A stretch of DNA of 64,000 bases, taken from positions 64,596 through 128,595 of the forward strand of contig DATKGN010000013.1 in assembly GCA_035510735.1 (NCBI GenBank), in the 5' to 3' direction. Position 1 is the stretch's first letter. Each line of letters opens with the position of its first letter. Source of the DNA: Patescibacteria group bacterium (GTDB lineage: Bacteria > Patescibacteriota > Microgenomatia > UBA10105 > UBA927). The notes beneath the pieces were generated by a model that was not told the DNA's origin, ran no database searches, and saw nothing but the letters and a program-made list of their open reading frames with translations. The translations under genes were made by a program, and so were the position numbers. Below, in pieces: positions 21,827 to 32,330 of the stretch.

Positions 21827-23266
21827 CTACCGGGATATATGGATAATATCGAGAATCCGTTCTTTCTGCTTCACCCAAACCACACCTCCGTACAGTATAA
21901 CACCCGCTCCGGCGACGATAACTAACCGCGGTATGCTGTATGGCATGCTGCCGCGGGCCACGTAGTACAAGGCGCCCTGCAATAGACCTGCCAATACAGG
22001 CCATTTGATATATTCGACAAATGAGAAAGCTGCAAAACGCTGGGTAATCTTAACAACGATAAAAATCGTAAGAGATTGGATTAAGAGCCCGACGGCAAAC
22101 CCGTTAAATCCGATGAAGTGAATCAGTGTTATTGTCAAAATCCACGTTGCAACCGTCCAAAAAATCATAAGCATCATCGTGATTTTAATTTGCCCGACGG
22201 CATTAAGCGCATTAGTGAGAGGGGTCGAAAGCCCGGCGATTATCGCTGAGATAACGAAGATGAAAAATGAAACGAGCGCCGGCTCCCATTTCCCATATTT
22301 TGGTATAAGGAAAACCGCAGGTTGAACGAAAAATAGCAAGCCAACTGAAATGGGAATTATCGTAGTCGCGAGACCAAAAAGAGTTTTTTCAATCGCTTTT
22401 CCGAGCATTTCTTTTGAATGCTGAAGTCGGGAAAATGCTGGAAACGTGACTTGTATAACACTATCCATGATGAGCCGAAGCGGAACTTCGGCCCATTTTT
22501 TCGCCCACCCGATATATCCGACCTGGGCAAACGGCAATATTTTCCCTAAAAATACGGTCATAAGATCATCTTTAAGGAGAGCCAAAAACGAATTCATTTG
22601 GAATGGGATGCCGAACCTCAGGAGTTTTTTCGCAACCGGCTTTGATATTCCGAACTGAATCCGCCACGGTGAAATAATGTAGATAACGATTAATCCTACT
22701 ACCGCTCTCACACAAACCGCCCACGTAAAACTTGTGATACCAAAACCTTTCCAGGCCATGATGACTGCGACGAGGTAAAATCCTATTGTCTCTACAATTT
22801 GCGGAATGACGAGTTTTTTAAATTCTAGGTTGCGTTCAAGAAGAATTGACGGTATTGTTTTAAGTGAAGAGATAAAAAACGACACGACGAGTGCGCGTAA
22901 GAGCATAACACCGGCAGCATCTAGTTTATAAAAAGCTGCAACGAGCGGTGCGACCGCAAACGTAATGATGCTTATAGGGAACACAAGCAATTGCTGGATC
23001 GTGAATGTTGTCGACAGATCTTCCGGCGTGAGGGGTTCCTTTTTTTGAATGAGCGCAGCAGCGAGCCCGATATCGGCAAAATATTGCAAAAAATTAATGA
23101 TCGCGGAAACCACATAAAAAATCCCGAATATGGTGGGCGTCAGGAAAATAGTCAGAAGGAGTGTCGCGCCGAAAGCGATGAGCTGTAACAAAAATGTTTG
23201 AGAAGTCAGCGCTACGATCCCCGACAGCGATTTCTTTTTGATGAGTGCGATATCAATTTCTTCCAT
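21827..23266 (-). CDS. wzx: Wzx/MOP-superfamily oligosaccharide flippase
   Basis: About 12-14 TM helices; ADIGLAAALIQ, LERNLEF, VTFPAFSRLQ typical of WzxC-like flippases. Confidence 0.85.
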   Translation of the reverse strand: MEEIDIALIKKKSLSGIVALTSQTFLLQLIAFGATLLLTIFLTPTIFGIFYVVSAIINFLQYFADIGLAAALIQKKEPLTPEDLSTTFTIQQLLVFPISIITFAVAPLVAAFYKLDAAGVMLLRALVVSFFISSLKTIPSILLERNLEFKKLVIPQIVETIGFYLVAVIMAWKGFGITSFTWAVCVRAVVGLIVIYIISPWRIQFGISKPVAKKLLRFGIPFQMNSFLALLKDDLMTVFLGKILPFAQVGYIGWAKKWAEVPLRLIMDSVIQVTFPAFSRLQHSKEMLGKAIEKTLFGLATTIIPISVGLLFFVQPAVFLIPKYGKWEPALVSFFIFVISAIIAGLSTPLTNALNAVGQIKITMMLMIFWTVATWILTITLIHFIGFNGFAVGLLIQSLTIFIVVKITQRFAAFSFVEYIKWPVLAGLLQGALYYVARGSMPYSIPRLVIVAGAGVILYGGVVWVKQKERILDIIHISR

Positions 23267-24002
23267 AATCATATATCATTCTCTTCCATGGTCTGATAAC
23301 CAATAATCGCCATAAACCCTCCAAATCCCCCTGAGCCGTTTTTACAACCCGCACGGTTGAACCCGGGTTGTCGATCCACGTCACTCCCTCTTCATAAATG
23401 CGAAATCCCAGCTTTTCAGAAAGAATCAATAATTCAGTATCAAAAAACCATGCATTATCCTCGGTATACGGTAAAATCTTTTTTGCACAACGGTCAGTAA
23501 TCGCCTTAAAACCGCACTGGGCATCGCTAAATTTGACCCAAAAAAACAGTTTAATAAGAGAAATATACACTTTTGAGGTCAGTGTCCGTAGCCAATTTCT
23601 ACCGTACACGCGGGAGGCTCTCGCGTTCCTTGTCCCGATAGCAAGATCATATCCACGAAGCAGTGAACGAACAAGAGGCGGAAAGTGCTTGAGATCTGTT
23701 GAGAGATCAACATCCATATAACAATGGATATCGGCATCGGTGTGAAGCCAGGCGTATTTTACTGCACGTCCCCTGCCTTTTTGTTTCAGATGGACTGCGT
23801 GCACTTGCCGGAATCGTTTTGATAGTATTTTAGCAATAGCAAGCGTTTGATCCGTCGACGCGTTATCTGCGATGGTAATACTCCATTCAAAATCCATTAA
23901 ATATGATTGCAGATAGCGGATAAGCGTCTCCACGTGATCCGCTAATTCAACTTCTTCATTAAAAACAGGTATGACGATATCAAGTTTTGGTTTTTTTCCC
24001 AT
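23253..24002 (-). CDS. GT2 polyprenol-phosphate glycosyl synthase (DPM/DPG-synthase-like)
   Basis: VIPVFNEE, ADNASTD, GRGRAV, YMDVDLS, SDAQCGFKA, WFFDTELL. Confidence 0.88.
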   Translation of the reverse strand: MGKKPKLDIVIPVFNEEVELADHVETLIRYLQSYLMDFEWSITIADNASTDQTLAIAKILSKRFRQVHAVHLKQKGRGRAVKYAWLHTDADIHCYMDVDLSTDLKHFPPLVRSLLRGYDLAIGTRNARASRVYGRNWLRTLTSKVYISLIKLFFWVKFSDAQCGFKAITDRCAKKILPYTEDNAWFFDTELLILSEKLGFRIYEEGVTWIDNPGSTVRVVKTAQGDLEGLWRLLVIRPWKRMIYDYGRN

Positions 24003-25656
24003 ATGTGAGAACTCCTCCGACTAAAACGAATGAAATAACACTCAACACATTTCCGACAATGCGGATGGGAGTATTGGTAAGACTCGCTTCAAATGTCGAT
24101 TTACCCTTCGATAGTACCATGCGGGGCTCGCCCTGAACAATGGTAGGACGAACGAGGAGACCGTTTATTTTATAAATCCATCCGGGGAATACGGCCTTCT
24201 GAAAAACTGTCTGTTGGTCAATGTTACTTTCAAGAATAGCTTTATAGTTGGTATCGGAATCGGTAATTTCGGTAACTCTAAGATTTTCATTGCCTATAAT
24301 TGGCGCTGTTATAATCTCTGATGCACTTATCGGTTTTTTAATTCCCGGCGGCAAATATTCATCAGATATCTTGGAAATTCGAAAACGAAGTTCGTCCGTT
24401 GTCTCAAACGCTTTTGAATCCTGCGCATACAGGTATTGCGGCGCGAATAATTTTGCATTCATAAATAGACAAATACCGACCACCACGATCGCAAGTAATA
24501 TCTGATGCGTACGTTGCTGTATCGTTGAAATGAAAAAACTTGCTGATATGCCCATGGCGAGCATTACAAAGGCTAATAGACGCCACGGGTATTGAATAAA
24601 CGACACAAAAGGCACTATCAACCATAATGATTTCGAAACATCAATCATTCCTACAACAGATAATACGAAAAGAATTACTCCAATCGTTGCCATCGCCGTA
24701 ATGGTCGACTTCTTTTTATTCTTTAGTGAAACTACCCACATCAAAGCGGCTATCATCGTCACTATTAACTGGAGTTTACCGAGCTTAAATGACATGCCGT
24801 CGACGCACCCGGGCGCTGAACCCGCATAACCCCACGGGGAATCCCATAACTGCAACGGACATACAAAATGATCGAAAAAATTCGTTGGCGCGCGCGAAAT
24901 CATAGATGACACGGATGTCGATCCCATTTCAACAAAAGCGGGAAGCCAAAAAAATGCGCTAAGCCCGAAGCCTAGTAAAACCGACATGAATAAATGCATC
25001 ATTAACTGCGCATCAAAAGACTTTCGGATGAATGCGTAGAGTGAATATAAAAGAATGCCTCCGATAACTAATCCTGAAGTTAAAAATCCCAAAATTGTGT
25101 GTGAGACAATGACACACGCAAACCCGATGCCACCTACAACAATCCCTATAGATGTTTTTTTCTTTACGATAAGGGAAAATCCCCAGAGTATGAGTGGAGC
25201 AAATGCTATTGCCCAATATTCCCCAACAGCCCCTCTGATATACACCTGAACGGCATGATAGGGTGCGTAAGAGAAAAGCAACGTGCCGACGATAGCGCTG
25301 ATTGTACCGAAAATATAATCAGCAAAAAAATAAAAAAATACAACGGCGAGGAGGATGCCTGCGGCAAACATAGTTTTTGTCGCTACAATGCTGTCTACCC
25401 CAAACGCATGGAGTGTACCTCCGAAATAGTAAGGGAGCGGGGCATAAAAGTTGTATAAGGGATATCCGTAACCGTATCCGAGGTCTGAAACCCATCGCAC
25501 AGGAAATTGTCCCTCACGAAGCGCCCTTCCCATTACAACAACGCGCGCAACCTGTGTATCATCATGCATGGGAAAATATCCTGGTCCGACCAGTGGTTTA
25601 ATGAGAAACCAAGACAAAAGCAACACAACGATGAATCCTATCAATGTAAATTTCAT
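23980..25656 (-). CDS. GT-C membrane protein (PTPS-related/YfhO-like family)
   Basis: MHDDTQVAR...GQFPVRW...GYGYPLYNFY, RGAVGE, FFWLPA, IQYPWR, FPGW. Confidence 0.75.
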   Translation of the reverse strand: MKFTLIGFIVVLLLSWFLIKPLVGPGYFPMHDDTQVARVVVMGRALREGQFPVRWVSDLGYGYGYPLYNFYAPLPYYFGGTLHAFGVDSIVATKTMFAAGILLAVVFFYFFADYIFGTISAIVGTLLFSYAPYHAVQVYIRGAVGEYWAIAFAPLILWGFSLIVKKKTSIGIVVGGIGFACVIVSHTILGFLTSGLVIGGILLYSLYAFIRKSFDAQLMMHLFMSVLLGFGLSAFFWLPAFVEMGSTSVSSMISRAPTNFFDHFVCPLQLWDSPWGYAGSAPGCVDGMSFKLGKLQLIVTMIAALMWVVSLKNKKKSTITAMATIGVILFVLSVVGMIDVSKSLWLIVPFVSFIQYPWRLLAFVMLAMGISASFFISTIQQRTHQILLAIVVVGICLFMNAKLFAPQYLYAQDSKAFETTDELRFRISKISDEYLPPGIKKPISASEIITAPIIGNENLRVTEITDSDTNYKAILESNIDQQTVFQKAVFPGWIYKINGLLVRPTIVQGEPRMVLSKGKSTFEASLTNTPIRIVGNVLSVISFVLVGGVLTYGKKTKT

Positions 25657-27215
25657 GAACTCTTTTTTGTCTTCTTAACGGTCTTTTGAGCAATCTTTTT
25701 CTTACGTTTCAAATATAAAATCGACACAATAACAAAAATGATACTGATAACAAGCGAACACATATCTGCAATAAATCTCGATATTGTTTCCCGAAAACTT
25801 GCGATAACATGATGAACGCCTGCCGGAATAGTTACACGGATAAGGCCTAAGTCATTTTTATAATCAATTGTTGCTAATTCTCCGTCAACACTGACTCCCC
25901 ACCCGGGGTAATACATCGTGTTTATCTGAAGAATGCTCTCATCCTTCGCATCAACGACAACATCGATATTTTCCGTCGTCACCTGGTTCTCCCGAATGTT
26001 GCCTGACCCCTTCAATATCTCTAATCTGGTTTCTGCGCGATTTATCGGCGATACGGTTACCCATTTGGGCATATACTCGTCGTGAACGGTCGTTGTGGCT
26101 TCATTCGTCGAATAATACGTATCGGGATGATATTCGTAGCTAATTCCCCTGTAGATACTGTTCAGATGCAGTGTCCATAGAAGAATAAGGGCAATACTGG
26201 CAGGAAGTAAAAATTTTTTCAAAGAATCAAGATACAATGCAGTTAACCACGCCATTGTGAACAGAGAAAGTGACAATAACCTGAACGGAAATTGAAATAA
26301 TACACCAAGAAGCTTAGTATGCCACAGAAATGAGGTCAACGAGGTGGCCATAACCATAGAGAAAATACCTATCAACAGCATATACGTAAGCAATTGATGT
26401 TTCGTACGGCGGATCAACAAAATGGCGGAAACAATAATACCGCTTATTCCGAGAAGCCAAATATTGGTATTTTTAATAAAGTAATCAAACGGATTTGATA
26501 TAATCGACCGTTCAAATACAATATATTTTTGTTCGTACAATGCGGGCATCCAGAAAAAAGAAGCCATTCCGATACCGAACACCAACCAAATGAAGTACTC
26601 TCGCGCCACTTTACGGACCAACAAATACCCGCAGTAAAACCCTATACACAGGACTGCAAGCGAATTATGGGCAAGAATAAGAAGCCCGACAGAAAGAGAA
26701 AACAGCCAAGGCTGACCCAATTCAATGCTATATAGCCCCATCCCAGCCACACTGAAGGCAAGTAATTCTCCGACAGATCCCCGAGAGTAAAGGTCAAATA
26801 ACAAATACGGCCCTGTCATGAAAGAAAGGGCTCCGAAAAGACTCGACGTCGTTTTAAAAAACTTCCGTAACCACAGGTAGATCCAAATGCCGCCGGATAC
26901 TAGAGACACGCCAAGGATTATTTTCACCGTCGTTACGAACGAAAAGCCGGCAATATGTATGAGGGAACCAATATAAAGAAATCCGGGGTATAGAAAATTA
27001 GCGACGGGATATCCGTAACTATGATTCAGTCTTCCTAAAAAACGAACGGGAAACTGCCCCTCACGGAAGCTTTGATAGAACGCGCTTAACCTAATGATCA
27101 TCCAACTGCCGTCATCGGTCACTATGAATCCGCGATGAAATAACGGCAGAAGAAGCATGAGCCCTACAAATATGATCACAACAAATGGAAAGAGCTTTTT
27201 GAAAGTAAGGCTCAT
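25653..27215 (-). CDS. GT-C membrane protein (PTPS-related/YfhO-like family), tandem paralog of 23980-25656
   Basis: TDDGSW...GQFPVRF...YGYPVANF, RGSVGE, FFWMPA, QFPFR, YYPGW. Confidence 0.75.
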   Translation of the reverse strand: MSLTFKKLFPFVVIIFVGLMLLLPLFHRGFIVTDDGSWMIIRLSAFYQSFREGQFPVRFLGRLNHSYGYPVANFLYPGFLYIGSLIHIAGFSFVTTVKIILGVSLVSGGIWIYLWLRKFFKTTSSLFGALSFMTGPYLLFDLYSRGSVGELLAFSVAGMGLYSIELGQPWLFSLSVGLLILAHNSLAVLCIGFYCGYLLVRKVAREYFIWLVFGIGMASFFWMPALYEQKYIVFERSIISNPFDYFIKNTNIWLLGISGIIVSAILLIRRTKHQLLTYMLLIGIFSMVMATSLTSFLWHTKLLGVLFQFPFRLLSLSLFTMAWLTALYLDSLKKFLLPASIALILLWTLHLNSIYRGISYEYHPDTYYSTNEATTTVHDEYMPKWVTVSPINRAETRLEILKGSGNIRENQVTTENIDVVVDAKDESILQINTMYYPGWGVSVDGELATIDYKNDLGLIRVTIPAGVHHVIASFRETISRFIADMCSLVISIIFVIVSILYLKRKKKIAQKTVKKTKKSS

Positions 27216-27233
27216 AAATAACAATGAATCGGT

Positions 27234-28745
27234 CTATTTTTTAATGAGTGCAGGATTTATTTGATATAATCTCATTTTTGTCGCAGAATTCGTACCTTTT
27301 TGATAAGCGGAAATAAACGAAATCGGCCAGTCCGGTATTATCTGCAGTTGATTAAATACCATATATGTCGGGTGGATTGCTGCATCTTTTACCATCGCGT
27401 CAGGGATAATCTGAGGAATCGGCCAGATGCTCTTAATGGTCACATTATGGTTGTCAAGCTGGTACATCTCAAATGCATACGGAAGAAGGCCGAATGTGCC
27501 ATCGGTATAGATGGTTATTTTAGAGTTTTTGGAATGTTCGGTGATAAATGCATTAACTTCCCGCACTCCCCAACCGGCCGGCCAATCGTTGAGAAGCTGA
27601 CCGCTATCAGCCTTGGGGATGGGAGCTTTCAACGGATTAGTTAGAATATAATAATCGGTCCAAATACTCGCACCAAATACAACGACGCATAAAAGTAGCA
27701 TAATTATCTTTTGCGGTATCTTTTTCCCCAATTCAATTAAACCGATTGACACTAATACGAGAAGTGGCATTGCCATAAACAAAATAAATCTTGGATAAAG
27801 AACCCGGCCAAATAACGCTAAAGCCACGATCGGAGCGTAACACCAACCATATAGTAAAATTTTTTCTTTCGTTAATTTCCGGAAAAAAACAATCGGAAGA
27901 AAAGATGTGATAAAAACCGGAATAGTTAAATAATGAATGAGCCAGTCCAAAAGCCCATGCATGTTACCTTGAAGAAAGTTAAACGGATGAGACAGCCACT
28001 CCTTAAATGAATAGACAAATACCGCATCCTTTGCAGTAACCATATTAAAGAGCGGCGACAGCCTCAAAACGCTGTACATTACCTCAGACAGGAATGCTGA
28101 AAGCAGAACCAAGCCTATCCATTGCAGTAATCGCGACATTATTTTTTTCTTTTTCCAGTCAAAAAGAAGGAGCGTCCCGGGAAGCATATATAAGCTCAAA
28201 AAACCGGATGATTTGTTGAGCATCCCCATGCCGAGTGTCATACCCAAAATAAGGGCGACATCAAGCCGCACATAGCGGACGAGGAGGATAGCCATATACA
28301 GATTCCAGATGGAGAACGCCGCAACAAGCGAATCATAGAGCGCTAACCGGTCATACATGAGCGTAAACGGACACACGAGATAGATGAAGCTGGTCAAAAA
28401 ACTCACCCGTTTACTATGAGTGACCTCAAAGCTCAGGAACCAAATTCCTACCATGCTCAATAATCCGGCGCCTACAGAAACCAGCCTGCCTGCTGTTAAC
28501 GGATCCTTAATAAACCGTAAAACAACCATCATAATCCATGTAAACATCGGCTGTTTGCCGTCAACGAGTGAGATGAACCGCCAACTGGCGTCCCTACTCC
28601 CGATCTGCGACCAGCGGATATAAATAGCCTCATCGGTAAATATAGGCAAAAGGGTTAAATGATAAAGGCGCGTCACAAAATACGCACCTAATAGTAGAAG
28701 CACGAACAGGCCGCCAAGTGTCCAGGTTCTTTTCCTCATCCCCAT
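27234..28745 (-). CDS. ArnT/PMT_2-like GT-C glycosyltransferase
   Basis: TRLYHL...IFTDEAIYIRW...DGKQP...GRLVSV; multi-TM. Start placed at ATG 28745. Confidence 0.83.
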   Translation of the reverse strand: MGMRKRTWTLGGLFVLLLLGAYFVTRLYHLTLLPIFTDEAIYIRWSQIGSRDASWRFISLVDGKQPMFTWIMMVVLRFIKDPLTAGRLVSVGAGLLSMVGIWFLSFEVTHSKRVSFLTSFIYLVCPFTLMYDRLALYDSLVAAFSIWNLYMAILLVRYVRLDVALILGMTLGMGMLNKSSGFLSLYMLPGTLLLFDWKKKKIMSRLLQWIGLVLLSAFLSEVMYSVLRLSPLFNMVTAKDAVFVYSFKEWLSHPFNFLQGNMHGLLDWLIHYLTIPVFITSFLPIVFFRKLTKEKILLYGWCYAPIVALALFGRVLYPRFILFMAMPLLVLVSIGLIELGKKIPQKIIMLLLCVVVFGASIWTDYYILTNPLKAPIPKADSGQLLNDWPAGWGVREVNAFITEHSKNSKITIYTDGTFGLLPYAFEMYQLDNHNVTIKSIWPIPQIIPDAMVKDAAIHPTYMVFNQLQIIPDWPISFISAYQKGTNSATKMRLYQINPALIKK

Positions 28746-28751
28746 ATTCAA

Positions 28752-28757
28752 ATTATA
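28752..28757 (-). promoter_or_regulatory. -10 box 6 nt upstream of ATG 28745
   Basis: Minus strand reads TATAAT-ttgaat-ATG. Confidence 0.5.
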
Positions 28758-28790
28758 CCTGAAATGGAGAATTCAGATCAAATTAGCAGC

Positions 28791-29948
28791 CTAAAATAGA
28801 GGTTTATGACGAATCATCCGCTGGGTAGCATACAGAATCATAGACAATCCGATAGGTATAAGAGTCACCCACAACTCAATAGTCGGTACCGGTTTATTCC
28901 AGTCCCCGTAATAAAAATAGGGCGCATAGCGAAGAAGAAGTCCTAAGGAAACCCCGAAGGCCACAATGATACTTACTTCGTTATCAGGTAGAAGCGCAAT
29001 AAACGGCATAATCCATATAAAATACCATGCAAGTACTTCGCGCTGAAATAAGACGAGAATTAGTCCGACACACATCGCGATAAGCGCGAATATCCGCCGG
29101 TAGCCAAAAACGATGACAGGATAAAGAAACAGGGTCATTAACTTTGCCCCGACGGAAAGAGCCAGGAATAAATATGCCAGTATTCGTTTTTTTGTGATGT
29201 AAAAAAACAGTGACATCATTGCAAACGCCATCATCTCAATATCGTTATGTGCGCTTACCAATGTCTCAAAAATAACGAGCGGATTAAGGGCAAAAATCGC
29301 AACCCCGAGATCTCTTTTGTCCACATCAAGGATATCTAATATTTTTGCAATAAACCAGATGGTGAGAAGATAAAACCCGAGGGCAAGAAGCTTGAAATTC
29401 TCAAGAATAAGGAGAAAGTAACCAAATCCGAGTATATACGCCGGAAGACTGATAAAAATCCAGAGCGGTGTGTAGGCGCTTGGAAGATGTGTCCAGCGCA
29501 TAAATGAAAGCCATGGTTCAACTCCGGTAAACTGCAGAGGGATAACCATATACGGATTCTTGTGATAGACAAGCACTGTTTTTGCCGTAAACATGTAATT
29601 ATATATGTCATATGAAAAGGCAGGATATGAAAAAATGGTCAAAACAGAAAGAACGATGATGATCGTCCATAACTGTTTCGTTGAAATCAATTTACGTTTT
29701 ACTGCAATAAGCGCAATCGCATAAAGTGCGAAATAAACGATCAGTAACCCGATAAACCAACTTGTCGCGACCGGACGCTGGTAAAATCCGATATGTTGAA
29801 ATATTTTTTCGATCATCTGGAAGATACTAACCTGGCTTAGGGTTAAACTTAAATCAACCTGGGTATAAGAAAATAAAAACAAGCCGATACTTACAAGTGA
29901 GTAGGTGCCTAACAAAAATGGAAATAGTGATGCGCGTCTTCTTGTCAT
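28791..29948 (-). CDS. GT-C polyprenol-P-sugar-dependent glycosyltransferase (MptA/GT87-like)
   Basis: FSYDIYNY...NPY...SAYTPLW...FALNPLVIFE...AHND...K motif series of the actinobacterial MptA/MptB type. Confidence 0.75.
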   Translation of the reverse strand: MTRRRASLFPFLLGTYSLVSIGLFLFSYTQVDLSLTLSQVSIFQMIEKIFQHIGFYQRPVATSWFIGLLIVYFALYAIALIAVKRKLISTKQLWTIIIVLSVLTIFSYPAFSYDIYNYMFTAKTVLVYHKNPYMVIPLQFTGVEPWLSFMRWTHLPSAYTPLWIFISLPAYILGFGYFLLILENFKLLALGFYLLTIWFIAKILDILDVDKRDLGVAIFALNPLVIFETLVSAHNDIEMMAFAMMSLFFYITKKRILAYLFLALSVGAKLMTLFLYPVIVFGYRRIFALIAMCVGLILVLFQREVLAWYFIWIMPFIALLPDNEVSIIVAFGVSLGLLLRYAPYFYYGDWNKPVPTIELWVTLIPIGLSMILYATQRMIRHKPLF

Positions 29949-29951
29949 GAC

Positions 29952-30695
29952 TTATGTATAATACCCTTTCCATGCGTTGTAACGGATCCGCAAAATATCA
30001 ACGAGTCCCTGAATAGAGTCAGTAATGGGATTGACACGCCTTGTCTCCACATAGTGCCATTCGACCGGAACCTCTTTGATTTTATATCCCCGTTTTTTTG
30101 CAAGAAAAATTACCTCAATATCAAAGCCCGCGGTCACCATGGAACCAGCGACTTTATGTTTTTCACCATATAGCCGCAAACTATGAAATATATCTTTTGC
30201 AACCTCACGTTTAAACGCCTTAAACCCGCACTGTGTATCAATAATACCCTTAAGTCCTAAAATCGAACCCCGCAGCATCATAAAACCGCGGGCCATCAAA
30301 AGCCGGAAGAATGGTGCTCCCTCACGTTTTGAACTCCTTGAACCGATAACGACATCAAAGTCTTGTTCAAAATACGGCAGTATCCTCTCAACCTCACAAA
30401 TCGGCGTTGCCTGGTCAAGATCGGTAAACAGCACGATATCGCCTTTAGCTGTCAACATACCAGTCATTACTGTACTTGCCTTACCCATATGCGGATTATG
30501 GATAACACGAAAATTCTTATTCGTATGAGTAAAATCATCAAGAAGTTTTGACGATCCGTCAATCGACCCGTCATCAACAAGAATTACTTCCCACGAATAC
30601 GGCTGATGCTCGAGATATAACGACACTTTATCGAGCGACCCCAACCGGATATTTTTTTCTTCGTTATATGCCGGAATAACAACGGATAATTGCAT
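29952..30695 (-). CDS. GT2 dolichyl/polyprenyl-phosphate beta-glucosyltransferase-like (ALG5-like)
   Basis: VIPAYNEE, VDDGSID, GKAS, FTDLD, DTQCGFKAF, FDIEV, EVPVEW. Confidence 0.88.
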   Translation of the reverse strand: MQLSVVIPAYNEEKNIRLGSLDKVSLYLEHQPYSWEVILVDDGSIDGSSKLLDDFTHTNKNFRVIHNPHMGKASTVMTGMLTAKGDIVLFTDLDQATPICEVERILPYFEQDFDVVIGSRSSKREGAPFFRLLMARGFMMLRGSILGLKGIIDTQCGFKAFKREVAKDIFHSLRLYGEKHKVAGSMVTAGFDIEVIFLAKKRGYKIKEVPVEWHYVETRRVNPITDSIQGLVDILRIRYNAWKGYYT

Positions 30696-30703
30696 ACTAT
30701 TCT

Positions 30704-32311
30704 CTACGTTCCTTTGTAATGAACTAGTTTATAAATTTTTACGAACGGCACGTCCCAAGAACCCACAATATCTGCCCTGCCAAATCCGGCAACTTCCCAC
30801 AGAGAGTTCCCGAGCGGTTTACAGTTCATGGTTTCACAAATCACTATCAACTGATTGGTGACCGTCTTTCGGTCCGGATCAGCACCCGCGGGCTCTATAG
30901 TAACCGGTGCTCTTCCCCAAATTTCAAAGAAGTACCGGTACGCATGATCAGAATTTCCTTCGGTGATGAGTGCAAAATTAAACGGCTTACCGTCTGTTCT
31001 TTCAAGCGCTACGCGTGCGATTGTCTGAATCTGCGATAATTGGTTGTTCGGGGGAAAAACGAAAGGGCGTCCCTGCCAATTAAAGAACAGGAGCGCCCCC
31101 CATAGAATAACGGTCATTACTTTGCCGACGGAACCGATCCAAAGTCTTGACAATGTAAACCCCAAAAAAAGAAAAGGCAGCCAGAATACGATCCCGAAGT
31201 AATAATCGTAAATCGCTTTCCGATAGAGTCCGAAAAGTAGAATGACGGTAAAAAACCAAACTAAGAGAAGAAATATCGCCTCAATAGAATAACCGGAATG
31301 ACCCGTCACCCGATCAATAGTTGAAACCCAACTCTTCGCTATTTTGGTCCTGACTTTTTTAAAAGATAATCCCGTAATAAGAATAAAAAGGAGAACGGGG
31401 ACATATATCGTCGCTTTTGTCAGTATAACGAGAACAAGAACATACCAATGCGGATAATTGTTCCACAGCGGCTCCTCAGGAATTCGATAGAGTAACCGGG
31501 CAAAAATTCGGAAAATAACGTCGCTGATCGTAGGGAAATATTGGGCCCAAGAAAATCCGGTGTCTTTACCCGCAAGTAAAAACTGAATAATAGATTTCGT
31601 ATTCGGAAATCCGTGCCGTACCTCAAAAGCTAAAAAGGGCAAAAAACCTATGATGAATCCGACGATTGTTTTAATAACGGTCCGGAAAAAATGAATTCGC
31701 CGAATCTGCAGGAGATACCAAACACCAACAACAACGAACAGAAACAAAAACAGGTAATGCAACTGGATCCCGATCCCTAGGGCGATACCGATAATGATCG
31801 CATCATATTTACCTGGTTTAACCACGAGCTTCCACAGGTAGTAAAGTAAACATAGTGAAAAAAACGGAACAATATTCGGATTCCAGGATGATCGGGAGTA
31901 CGCAATAACGAGCGGGGATGCAGCATAGATACTCGCGGCAATGAGGCCTGCTAATTTGTTAAAAAAATCGGTGCCGGTTTTATACACGAGGTAAATCGTC
32001 GCAATACCGAATAATGCAACCATGACAGCGGGTCCTACCGGGTCAAGTTTAAAGGCCCAAAGAAAAGGCAGCATAAAATAGTAATAAATGGGCCCGAGGA
32101 AAAATCCTCCGACGGAAGCCGTTGGGCCCAAAAGAGTGAATTTATGATTCACAATCATGTGCATGACGATAAGAACATCCCTGCCTTCATCTCCTAAAAA
32201 GGTCATGTAATTCCTAATCATATAGAGCCGTAAATACGCCCCGAGAAGAAGAATGAAGATAAGTACGATCTGTGACCAATATTTTAATATGAAGGGTTTT
32301 ACTGGTTTCAT
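30704..32311 (-). CDS. ArnT/PMT_2-like GT-C glycosyltransferase
   Basis: LRLY...FLGDEGRD...LGP...GPIYYY...SRSSWNPN...QLHY. Start moved to ATG 32311 to avoid overlap with the upstream gene. Confidence 0.83.
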   Translation of the reverse strand: MKPVKPFILKYWSQIVLIFILLLGAYLRLYMIRNYMTFLGDEGRDVLIVMHMIVNHKFTLLGPTASVGGFFLGPIYYYFMLPFLWAFKLDPVGPAVMVALFGIATIYLVYKTGTDFFNKLAGLIAASIYAASPLVIAYSRSSWNPNIVPFFSLCLLYYLWKLVVKPGKYDAIIIGIALGIGIQLHYLFLFLFVVVGVWYLLQIRRIHFFRTVIKTIVGFIIGFLPFLAFEVRHGFPNTKSIIQFLLAGKDTGFSWAQYFPTISDVIFRIFARLLYRIPEEPLWNNYPHWYVLVLVILTKATIYVPVLLFILITGLSFKKVRTKIAKSWVSTIDRVTGHSGYSIEAIFLLLVWFFTVILLFGLYRKAIYDYYFGIVFWLPFLFLGFTLSRLWIGSVGKVMTVILWGALLFFNWQGRPFVFPPNNQLSQIQTIARVALERTDGKPFNFALITEGNSDHAYRYFFEIWGRAPVTIEPAGADPDRKTVTNQLIVICETMNCKPLGNSLWEVAGFGRADIVGSWDVPFVKIYKLVHYKGT

Positions 32312-32330
32312 AGTACAAGGTGACTTCAAC

